A DNA stretch of 64,000 bases from a virus (taxonomy: Duplodnaviria > Caudoviricetes), in IMG/VR virus record IMGVR_UViG_3300031627_001041, positions 781 through 64,780 of that record. One strand, given 5' to 3'. The notes beneath the pieces are model-generated. The model saw nothing but the letters and a program-made list of their open reading frames with translations, did not search any database and had not been told where the DNA came from. The translations under genes were made by a program, and so were the position numbers. The number at the start of each line of letters is the position of its first letter. The first letter of the stretch is position 1. Of the stretch, positions 1-8,055 are shown piece after piece.

Positions 1-640
1 TGCTAAGATTAAGAACCAGATGAGTGCTATTGACCTACTAAAGACGGTACAGTCAACCCAAAAAAACTGGGTGACATACGGTAAAGATGAATCATTATGC
101 GTAAAACCCTGGCTAAATCATAACGTCAGTAATACAATTAATGTAAAACCTGAAGAGTGGGACGAGGTTGCAAAGTTTATCTATAAGAACAGACAACACT
201 TTTGCGGCATCTCGCTACTTCCAATCAGCGGAGATAAGGACTTTGCTCAGGCACCGTTCACCTCTATATATTTACCACGACAAATGCTTAAACAGTATGG
301 AGACGGTGTTGTATTTTGTAGCGGCCTTATTGAAGAAGGCAAAAAACTTTGGGATGACAATCTATGGACTGCTTCTGATGCGATCATGGGTGTCGTCAAG
401 AGTAGAGGTCAAGAAAAAAAGAAATGGTTAGCAAAATGTGAAAAATTTGCTGGAAACTATTTCGATGGAGACCTCAAGAGCTTAACGTATGCGATGAAAG
501 ACATTGATAATTACAAGCTTTGGACTGAACTACAGTCAAATTATCAAAACGTTAATTACGAAAATATGTTTGAAGATGAGGACAATACAAAGCTGGAAGA
601 AACCGTGGCTTGTGCCGGGGGGTCTTGTGATTTAGTATAG
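1..640 (+). CDS. Ribonucleotide reductase catalytic subunit, C-terminal part (5'-truncated by the window edge; class not resolved)
   Basis: The frame is open from the window start (AKIKNQMSAID...). It has the HNVSNTINVKPEEW...GISLLP segment typical of RNR C-termini and a terminal redox Cys pair, ACAGGSCDLV. Confidence 0.85.
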   Translation, partial: AKIKNQMSAIDLLKTVQSTQKNWVTYGKDESLCVKPWLNHNVSNTINVKPEEWDEVAKFIYKNRQHFCGISLLPISGDKDFAQAPFTSIYLPRQMLKQYGDGVVFCSGLIEEGKKLWDDNLWTASDAIMGVVKSRGQEKKKWLAKCEKFAGNYFDGDLKSLTYAMKDIDNYKLWTELQSNYQNVNYENMFEDEDNTKLEETVACAGGSCDLV

Positions 641-664
641 TTTAAAAACAACTAAGGTGTCCTT

Positions 665-1012
665 ATGTTTTACGGTATAATCAAGACGAAGTGGCTCGAT
701 GATGGCGTAACTATGGAGTTACTCGAAGATATCCACTTTATTGATAAGGGCGGGATTAAGTGGACATGTAAAAAAGGCGATTGGGTTGATGGAGCTTCGG
801 TTCCTAGATTCTTTTGGCGTTTTATAGGTTCTCCCCTAAGAGGAAAGTATAGAGCCGCCTCTGTTTTTCATGATGTGGCTTGTGTTAAGAAGACCGGTAA
901 TACAGAATCGGCCTCTCTAATGTTTTACGATGCTATGATTGAATCTGGCACTCATCATTGGAGAGCAAAATTAATGTATTGGGCAGTTTATTACTGTGGA
1001 CCACAATGGTAA
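665..1012 (+). CDS. DUF1353-family protein
   Basis: The DGASVPRFFW...YRAASVFHD...MYWAV pattern matches the DUF1353 family as I recall it. Confidence 0.75.
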   Translation: MFYGIIKTKWLDDGVTMELLEDIHFIDKGGIKWTCKKGDWVDGASVPRFFWRFIGSPLRGKYRAASVFHDVACVKKTGNTESASLMFYDAMIESGTHHWRAKLMYWAVYYCGPQW

Positions 1013-1023
1013 AGAGGAAACTA

Positions 1024-1482
1024 ATGCAAACTTACTTTTTAAAGCTGGATGAGAGAGCAACTATCCCTAAATATGCCACAGAGAAGAGTAGTGGTTTTGA
1101 TCTTTCTGCCCTTGAGGATATACTAATTCCTATTAATGGGACAAGGGTGGTTAAAACAGGACTTGCAGTCGTACTACCGGAAAATACTGAGCTTCAAATC
1201 AGACCAAGGAGCGGTCTGTCTCTTAAAGGACCAATTAGGATTGCTAATTCTCCTGGAACAGTAGACGAAGACTATATACATAAAGATATTGGGATAATTT
1301 GCTGGAATATTGGAGAAATACCGCTTCGTATTATGGCAGGCGACAAAATTGCACAAGGTGTAATCTGTCCAATACTTAGACCAACAATAACAGAAGTCTC
1401 TGAACTTGATTATAGTCTAGTTGCACACAATAGACATACATCAAGAACTGGCGGCTTCGGCTCTACCGAAAGCGATAAATGA
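1024..1482 (+). CDS. dut: dUTP diphosphatase (trimeric dUTPase)
   Basis: Motifs SGFDL, RPRSGL, NSPGTVDEDY, KIAQGV and RTGGFGST. Start moved to ATG 1024. Confidence 0.95.
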   Translation: MQTYFLKLDERATIPKYATEKSSGFDLSALEDILIPINGTRVVKTGLAVVLPENTELQIRPRSGLSLKGPIRIANSPGTVDEDYIHKDIGIICWNIGEIPLRIMAGDKIAQGVICPILRPTITEVSELDYSLVAHNRHTSRTGGFGSTESDK

Positions 1483-2120
1483 AAAAGACTTATATTTCTG
1501 CCAAAAACAAAGAGCAGAAACAGTATATTAGAGCAATCATTGAGAACGATATTATTATCGCCACTGGTTGTCCTGGCTCTGGGAAGACAATGGTGGCGTG
1601 CGGTATTGCAGCAGAGAAACTTGCAAAACAGGAAATTCAGAAAATCGTCCTAACAAAACCACTTGTGTCGGTTGCAAGAGACTTTCCTGCTGTTCCAGGC
1701 GGTGTAGACGAAAAGACCCTGATCTTTAGGTTCCAGCTTGAAGCCTATTTTTCAATGTTTTTAGGAGAGAGAGACTATCGAAAAGCAAAAGAACTAAAAC
1801 TGATCGAATTCATTCCTCTGGAGTTGATGAGAGGGTTGAATTTTGGGGAGGAAGATAAGACCTGCTGGGTCGTTGGTGACGAGATGCAGAACGCCGATAC
1901 TAAATCACTAAAGTGTTTACTGACTCGACTAGGCGACAACGCAAAGATTATTCTGAACGGAGATATGAATCAACACGACCTGAAGATGTTACGGGATGAT
2001 GAAACTACCGACCTTCAGTATGTTATAGAAAAGATCGAACACTTAGATAGAGTGGCATCAGTTCATCTAAGTGAAAGTTTCAGAAACCCACTAGTTGACA
2101 AAATCGAGAAGTTGATCTAG
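1479..2120 (+). CDS. phoH: PhoH-like ATPase
   Basis: Walker A GCPGSGKT, followed by PLELMRG, DEMQN, LLTRLG and GDMNQHD. Confidence 0.92.
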   Translation: MKKTYISAKNKEQKQYIRAIIENDIIIATGCPGSGKTMVACGIAAEKLAKQEIQKIVLTKPLVSVARDFPAVPGGVDEKTLIFRFQLEAYFSMFLGERDYRKAKELKLIEFIPLELMRGLNFGEEDKTCWVVGDEMQNADTKSLKCLLTRLGDNAKIILNGDMNQHDLKMLRDDETTDLQYVIEKIEHLDRVASVHLSESFRNPLVDKIEKLI

Positions 2121-2145
2121 CTTCTCATACTCTAGAGGTGAGACG

Positions 2146-2337
2146 ATGATTTACCACTGCTTATACAAAGGCGAACCCCTTAAAGGTACACACAACAGTA
2201 TTGGGGCGGCCAAAAATTGGCTAAGAGCACACATTCAAAAACGAAACAAACGACTAGCCAAGCCTGACAGATTACACTATGAAGATTATTCGGTGGTAGA
2301 ATATGAGCTTGTTGAAAAGGAGATTTATTGTCTATGA
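2146..2337 (+). CDS. Hypothetical protein
   Basis: 63-aa ORF with a GAGGTG SD, co-oriented with its neighbours. Confidence 0.6.
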   Translation: MIYHCLYKGEPLKGTHNSIGAAKNWLRAHIQKRNKRLAKPDRLHYEDYSVVEYELVEKEIYCL

Positions 2338-2397
2338 CCCAACGTAACTGGACATCCGTACACTGACCGGATTTTTCTGGAAAAAAATTCAAACCGC

Positions 2398-2446
2398 CGG
2401 ATTTCGTGGTATAAACTTCGAGTTCGGCGGTATATTATTATGGGGG
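2398..2446 (+). promoter_or_regulatory. Putative phage promoter motif, copy A
   Basis: Intergenic 49-mer that aligns without gaps to 34872-34920 (35/49 identical). Consensus CGGATTTnnnGGTATAAA-n7-TTCGnCGnTATAnTATTATGnGGG, containing a -10-like TATA(T/C)T. Confidence 0.65.
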
Positions 2447-2525
2447 GCGAGTCATCCCGCACAACTGACCGCTTCTTGGACCGTTAAGAGACCACAGATC
2501 CTGTCATCACTAGAAAAGAGTCAAT

Positions 2526-2750
2526 ATGAAGTATTTAAGAAATACGCTTTATGGAATACTATGGGTGTTCTTTTTTGTTGTGATGAGCATTACCGGGTTT
2601 CAAATGCAAAAACACTATATGGGAATTACTGACCTGGAAAAAAGAGTGATCGCACTTGAAGTAGAAGAAGCTAGACAAAATGGAATTTATTCAGAGTTTT
2701 TATCTGCTTTTCGGCAAGGGGATAAGATTAATTCTGGAGAGCACGAATGA
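2526..2750 (+). CDS. Small membrane protein (one TM helix plus coiled coil)
   Basis: Hydrophobic stretch LYGILWVFFFVVMSITGF. Confidence 0.65.
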   Translation: MKYLRNTLYGILWVFFFVVMSITGFQMQKHYMGITDLEKRVIALEVEEARQNGIYSEFLSAFRQGDKINSGEHE

Positions 2751-3415
2751 CTCTTCAACAAGAATTAAACGCTCACTTTAATGAATATGCAAGCGGTTCA
2801 ACCTCAAAACAAAAATACCTCATGGAAATCACAGCCATTGAGAGAAGTCGGAAAGACGAAATTCAGAAAGAGTTTGGCTACCGTAAAGACAGCAGAAGCC
2901 TAACTGAGTTTGCAGAACATTTAATTACTCAGATGGAGATTGAGCGAGATATCATTGAGCACTGGGTTAAGTCGTTTGGATACGATTATTTCAATAAAAG
3001 AGCAACTTTTAAATATTCGGGCATTCAAGACGAGGCCCGTCTAGTATGTCAAAGCTCCACTACAAAAGACAGAATGAAAACACCAGATGTACTGATCGAC
3101 AATAGGGGGCAGAAACGGTTCCTTGAAATCAAGCAATGTCCAGTGCTTTATAAGGCAACTTATAAGACAGGAGACCTTAAACACTATGATAGTCTTGGTA
3201 ATGTGTATGTCTTAACAGCACACACTAAAGGAAAGTTCTCAGCGGATAAGGTTAGCTTCTATACATTGCTCACACCAGAAAATCTGGCACGCTTAGTAAC
3301 GGATGGGAAGTCGGGCAAGCTAAACGTACAAAAGAGGAGAGAGATGGGATACAAGAACGCTGTCCAGTTTGATCGGGCGGGTCTTGAAGAGTACTTTGAT
3401 ATTCAGGAACTATAA
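2747..3415 (+). CDS. Putative PD-(D/E)XK nuclease-fold protein
   Basis: TPDVLID...FLEIKQ motif. ATGA overlap with the upstream gene. Confidence 0.5.
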   Translation: MTLQQELNAHFNEYASGSTSKQKYLMEITAIERSRKDEIQKEFGYRKDSRSLTEFAEHLITQMEIERDIIEHWVKSFGYDYFNKRATFKYSGIQDEARLVCQSSTTKDRMKTPDVLIDNRGQKRFLEIKQCPVLYKATYKTGDLKHYDSLGNVYVLTAHTKGKFSADKVSFYTLLTPENLARLVTDGKSGKLNVQKRREMGYKNAVQFDRAGLEEYFDIQEL

Positions 3416-3424
3416 ATGAAATAT

Positions 3425-3497
3425 GTTCTTGTAGCTCAGTGGACAGAGCAAGCGGTTTCTACCCGCTAGGTCGGGAGTTCGACTCTCTCCAAGAATA
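3425..3497 (+). tRNA. tRNA-Arg(TCT), CCA not encoded
   Basis: Full cloverleaf: acceptor GTTCTTG/CAAGAAT, D arm GCTC/GAGC, anticodon arm AGCGG-TTTCTAC-CCGCT, T arm GGGAG-TTCGACT-CTCTC, discriminator A. Confidence 0.96.
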
Positions 3498-3504
3498 CTT
3501 ATAA

Positions 3505-3810
3505 GTACCCTACTAAGAAAGCAGTAAACGTGTCGAGGTTATTAGTAAGGCAAAGCAGGACGCGGGGGGCAGAACCCCGCTACCTCCACTTTAATTATAC
3601 GATTCTCAGAAGCTGTTGCGACACATGGGGGTAAAATAGAATCGACTGGTTGTACGAATTAATAATTGCACGTCGTAGTTGGGATCAAGGCTACGTTAAA
3701 ATGATTCCGAACAATAATTGCAACTCGTAATTACACAGTGGCTGCTTAATTGCGGTCGGGGGTTCTGTCAGTTCCTTCTTACCCAATACTGGCATTTTAT
3801 CTACTGAAAG
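3505..3810 (+). ncRNA. ssrA: Circularly permuted (two-piece) tmRNA: acceptor piece ~3505-3589, spacer, coding piece 3627-~3810; tag ATRNYTVAA* at 3720-3749
   Basis: The 3' acceptor strand TACCTCC-A-C (3581-3589) precedes the 5' strand GGGGGTA (3627-3633). They form a 7-bp stem with G3:U70. T arm GCGGGG-GGCAGAA-CCCCGC. P2 pairings 3659-3666/3538-3545 and 3669-3673/3528-3532. pk1 stems 3674-3680/3689-3695 and 3681-3687/3702-3708. Resume context AATAATT-GCA. Outer ends are approximate. Confidence 0.93.
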
Positions 3811-3816
3811 GTAAAA

Positions 3817-4242
3817 ATGGCAGATTCAGCAGACAATAATCATTGGTTTCTTGACAAGGAAGAATACAATAAAGACGACTTCACCGAGGAAGAGGCTGAA
3901 ACCCATTATAGACAATGGGGCTATTATAAAGTGCTTCACGAGGGTGACGGATACACAGTTAAAGAACTCACTATATTGCCCGGTAAATCATTATCAGACC
4001 AAAGACATTTTAAAAGAGCAGAGCATTGGTTTGTTCTCCAGGGTGAGCTTTGGGTTGATCTAGAATACGCCAAAACAAAAAAGTCGATCTACAGAAGTGC
4101 TGGTGCTCACAAAAATACCCTTTTTATTACTAAGAGGACATGGCATAGACCATACAACGCTGGAAATAAAGATACAATCATCATCGAAACTTGGGTCGGT
4201 GACTCAACAGAAGAAGATATTGAGCGGCGAAACATAATATAG
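3817..4242 (+). CDS. Cupin protein (mannose-6-phosphate isomerase type II C-terminal-like)
   Basis: RQWGYYKVL, VKELTILPGKSLSDQRHFKRAEHW and WHRPYN match the ManC/PMI-type cupin pattern. Confidence 0.85.
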   Translation: MADSADNNHWFLDKEEYNKDDFTEEEAETHYRQWGYYKVLHEGDGYTVKELTILPGKSLSDQRHFKRAEHWFVLQGELWVDLEYAKTKKSIYRSAGAHKNTLFITKRTWHRPYNAGNKDTIIIETWVGDSTEEDIERRNII

Positions 4243-4271
4243 CTTATTCTATAATTTTCAGGAGAATAGCG

Positions 4272-5522
4272 ATGCTAGACATTAACTTTAATCGGAGAGA
4301 TTTTCTCAGAATCGGAGCGGGCTTTGGAGCTGGCTTTGGAGCGATTCCGTTTTCTGACGCCATAATGGCACAAGAGCAAATACTAATTCCGAATAATAGG
4401 TCTGTTGTATGGGTATGGCTTGGTGGAGGCCCGACACAGTTCGAGACCTTTCACGCCCCAACCCAGTCAGTCCCCGACCCCTACAAGCCTGTGTCTGGTA
4501 TTGTGACACATAAAAATGGCTTGGCGTTCGGAGGCTTGTTTAAAGACCTAATCAAACAGGGTGATAATCTGACTGCGGTCAACTCCTTTTCTCATGGGGA
4601 TTCGTCCCATCGACAGGCAACACACTGGATGATGACGGGACACCGTAACCCTAAAAGGGAGAACACTGCTGATTCAGAATATCCGGGCCACGGAGCTATT
4701 GCGTCTTCAGTATTTGGCTCTAACCACCCTTCAAATGGAATGCCCGCCTATGTAAAACAGGGAAAGATTGAAGGAGAACAACCAACCTTTTTGGGTGGAG
4801 CACACAAGCCCTTTGATCCGACCAATAAAGAAAATTTGACTCCCAGAGTGCCTACCAGCCGATTTTCAGAGAGAAAGGGTTTGCTTGACTCTTTAGACAG
4901 TCGCGGTAGAGTTTTCTCCCCAGACGCTGAATCATTCAGCAAGATAGGCAATACTGCCTATAATGTTATTCTTGGTAATGCGAAAGATGCATTCGATCTT
5001 GACCAAGAGCCGGAAGCGATGCGAGAAATGTATGGAAAGGGCGGCATTGGAGACCAAATGTTGCTTGCTCGTAGGCTGTCGCAGTTTGGAACTAAGTTTG
5101 TCACCGTTCATTATGGCGGCTGGGACATGCATGGCAATATCAAAAATGCATTAGAGGGTAAAGTTCCCCCTCTTGACAAAGCTCTCGCGGCTTTTGTTAA
5201 GGATATTTATCAAAGTGGAATGTCCGAAGATACCCTTCTTGTTGTTACCGGAGAGTTTGGAAGAACTAGGCTGAATGGTAACGGTGGCAGAGATCACTGG
5301 CCTTCCATCACTCCTATGCTATTATCTGGCGGGAAATACGATCACGGTCGAGTCATTGGGAAGGCTGACAAATCCTATGTGCCAACAGAAGATAAGGTTG
5401 GGCCAATTGATATTGCGGCAACACTGTTTGATCACTTTGAAATCGACAAGCAGATTCAAAGAACTGATCAAGGAGGAAGACCTAGATACCTACTCGAAGG
5501 AGAAGGAAAGTTGTTCTTATGA
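4272..5522 (+). CDS. DUF1501 family protein with Tat signal (paralogue 1)
   Basis: N-terminal RRDFLR twin-arginine motif, WLGGGPTQFETF, GWDMH, GEFGRT and GRDHWP. Confidence 0.88.
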   Translation: MLDINFNRRDFLRIGAGFGAGFGAIPFSDAIMAQEQILIPNNRSVVWVWLGGGPTQFETFHAPTQSVPDPYKPVSGIVTHKNGLAFGGLFKDLIKQGDNLTAVNSFSHGDSSHRQATHWMMTGHRNPKRENTADSEYPGHGAIASSVFGSNHPSNGMPAYVKQGKIEGEQPTFLGGAHKPFDPTNKENLTPRVPTSRFSERKGLLDSLDSRGRVFSPDAESFSKIGNTAYNVILGNAKDAFDLDQEPEAMREMYGKGGIGDQMLLARRLSQFGTKFVTVHYGGWDMHGNIKNALEGKVPPLDKALAAFVKDIYQSGMSEDTLLVVTGEFGRTRLNGNGGRDHWPSITPMLLSGGKYDHGRVIGKADKSYVPTEDKVGPIDIAATLFDHFEIDKQIQRTDQGGRPRYLLEGEGKLFL

Positions 5523-6775
5523 AAAGACGAAATTTTTTACACGCTGGTATCTTAGGCGGCTTTGGCCTATCTCTAGCTAGAGCCGATCAAAAATTCTACG
5601 ACAGCAAAGAGGGGCCAGCTAAGAGCGTTATTTTCATATATCTACCCGGAGGAATGGCCCATCAGGAAACCTTAGACCCTAAACCATTCGCCCCCATAGA
5701 ATATCGTGGACCTCTTGGTAGCATAAGTACCAATGTTCCCGGTATCCGTATTGGTGAGCTGTTAAAAAACACAGCAAAGATCACAGACAAAATTTCTATA
5801 ATTCGTAGCATGACACACGGTGAAGCAGCTCATGAACGTGGCACACACAATATGTTTACTGGCTACAAACCTAGTCCAGCCCTTCAATACCCATCTATGG
5901 GTTCAGTGGTTGCACATGAGTTTGGATCTCGCAAGAACCTTCCGCCCTACGTCTGTATACCAAATCCACCTAATGAATTTGCAGGCACTGGATATTTAAG
6001 TAGTTCATATTCTGGTTTTGGCTTAGGTTCCGATCCAGCAAGCGATGACTTTCAAGTTAGGGATTTGAGGGTTCCGGTTCCGGACGAAAGATTCAATAGA
6101 AGAAAAAGGGTTTTGGATATTGTTAACGCAGACTTTAACACAAAGCAAAACGCTGACTCTCTAGATGCTGTTAATTCCTTTTATAAAAAAGCATATAGCC
6201 TAATTGGTAGCGAACAGGCCCGTGATGCGTTCAACATGGAGAAAGAGTCTTCCGCTTTGAGGGATAAATACGGAAGAAACACTGCTGGTGCTCGAATGTT
6301 ACTAGCTCGCCGCTTAGTAGAGGCTGGCACTAGATTCGTAACCCTCACTTATGGTGGTTGGGATATGCACAACTCTATCGCTGGCGGAATGAAAAACCAA
6401 TTACCGGCATTTGATCAGGGGTTTTCTACACTAATTGAAGATTTGCATGATCGCGGATTATTGGACTCTACACTTGTGTGCGTAGTCTCCGAATTCGGAC
6501 GCACTCCAAAAATTAACGCAACCGCTGGGCGAGACCACTGGCCAAAGGTGTTTAGTACAATTATGGCTGGAGCAGGAATCAAACAAGGTATTACATACGG
6601 AACTTCAAACGCCACGGCTAGTGATCCAGAAGAAAACCCTGTTTCCATAGAAGATTGGGCAGCAACTATCTACAATAGGCTGGGAATCACGGCTGACAAG
6701 GAGCTAATGGCTCCCGGAGACCGCCCAATAGAAATCGTTGACGGCGGTAAAATTATACAAAACTTAATCATATAA
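5519..6775 (+). CDS. DUF1501 family protein with Tat signal (paralogue 2)
   Basis: RRNFLH, YLPGGMAHQETLDPKP, LARRLVEAG, GWDMH, EFGRTPKIN and GRDHWP. Confidence 0.92.
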   Translation: MKRRNFLHAGILGGFGLSLARADQKFYDSKEGPAKSVIFIYLPGGMAHQETLDPKPFAPIEYRGPLGSISTNVPGIRIGELLKNTAKITDKISIIRSMTHGEAAHERGTHNMFTGYKPSPALQYPSMGSVVAHEFGSRKNLPPYVCIPNPPNEFAGTGYLSSSYSGFGLGSDPASDDFQVRDLRVPVPDERFNRRKRVLDIVNADFNTKQNADSLDAVNSFYKKAYSLIGSEQARDAFNMEKESSALRDKYGRNTAGARMLLARRLVEAGTRFVTLTYGGWDMHNSIAGGMKNQLPAFDQGFSTLIEDLHDRGLLDSTLVCVVSEFGRTPKINATAGRDHWPKVFSTIMAGAGIKQGITYGTSNATASDPEENPVSIEDWAATIYNRLGITADKELMAPGDRPIEIVDGGKIIQNLII

Positions 6776-6803
6776 GAACAGAAGCTGCCGGAGAAAACCA
6801 AAG

Positions 6804-8021
6804 ATGAAGCATACAAGACGGAACTTTCTGTCGTCACTAGCTGGTGTCGTCTCTTTAACCAAAGCACTGAAGGCTAATGAAGACAAATTAAAAAAGAACG
6901 GCAAATCAGCTATCTTACTGTGGATGGGGGGTGGACCATCCACTATGGACATCTGGGATCTCAAACCAGATTCTAAAACCGGCGGCCCATTTAGACCAAT
7001 CTCCACATCTGGGGATGTTGAAATATGCGAACATATGCCATTGATGGCAAAGCAGATGCACAACATGGCTATCGTTCGCAGCATGAGTACTCGTGAAGCA
7101 GACCACATGCGAGGCAGATACTATATGCATACGGGCTATGTACCTAATCCAAATATAACCCATCCAAGCTACGGTGCAGTTCTCTCAAATCAGCTAGACA
7201 GAGAGCTTATGATACCCCAGTTTATATCTATAAACGGCGGAAGTATGGGGCCTGGATTTTTAGGTGCGGAGTATGCACCATTGGTTTTGAATAGTGACGG
7301 AAATATACGCAATTTAAAGATGAAAATAGACGAGAGGTTTTATCAAAGAGCAGCAATGCTAGACATGATTGAAACCAATTTCATAAACTCTAACAGAGGA
7401 TCAATGCCCAAAGAACACCAGAAGGTGTTGAGAAAGACATTTAACGTCCTAACTAGTACAGATATGGACGCCACAAAAGTAGCTAATGAACCTCAATCAG
7501 TACGTGATAGATATGGAGATAACAGCTTTGGTAAAGGATGTCTGATGGCTAGACGCCTTGTTGAGGTCGGTGTTCCATTTATTGAGGTTGGCTTAGGTGG
7601 GTGGGACAATCATCAAAATATTTTCCCCACATTAAAAGACACGAAACTCCCAGTATTAGATCGAGGAATGAGTGCTCTAATAGAAGACTTGGAGCAGCGA
7701 GGTCTTTTAAAAGATACTGTTATTATATGGATGGGGGAATTTAGCCGAACCCCACGGATTAATGCCAATGCTGGTCGTGATCACTGGGCAGCAAGCTGGA
7801 GTGTCGTGGTAGGAGGAGGAGGTATGAACGGAGGCATTTCTGTCGGGAGTACCAATGAAGACGGAAAGAGAGTAGAAGGCATGGCGTATTCGTCCCAAGA
7901 CATAATGGCTTCTGTTTGTAACGCTCTAAACATTTCCCTTAAAACTACTTTTACAAGTAATAGCGGGAGACCCATGAAAATTGCAAACTCAGGAAGAGTT
8001 ATAAAAGAGCTATTTACTTAA
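6804..8021 (+). CDS. DUF1501 family protein with Tat signal (paralogue 3)
   Basis: TRRNFLS, WMGGGPSTMDIWDLKP, MARRLVEVG, GWDNH, GEFSRTPRIN and GRDHWA. Confidence 0.92.
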   Translation: MKHTRRNFLSSLAGVVSLTKALKANEDKLKKNGKSAILLWMGGGPSTMDIWDLKPDSKTGGPFRPISTSGDVEICEHMPLMAKQMHNMAIVRSMSTREADHMRGRYYMHTGYVPNPNITHPSYGAVLSNQLDRELMIPQFISINGGSMGPGFLGAEYAPLVLNSDGNIRNLKMKIDERFYQRAAMLDMIETNFINSNRGSMPKEHQKVLRKTFNVLTSTDMDATKVANEPQSVRDRYGDNSFGKGCLMARRLVEVGVPFIEVGLGGWDNHQNIFPTLKDTKLPVLDRGMSALIEDLEQRGLLKDTVIIWMGEFSRTPRINANAGRDHWAASWSVVVGGGGMNGGISVGSTNEDGKRVEGMAYSSQDIMASVCNALNISLKTTFTSNSGRPMKIANSGRVIKELFT

Positions 8022-8055
8022 TATTAACACAATCAATCAGGAATCAGGAATCATA

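Noticed and set aside
4272-8021. Calling the DUF1501 proteins sulfatases
   Set aside because: No (C/S)xPxR formylglycine motif is visible. Only the superfamily-level relationship can be claimed.
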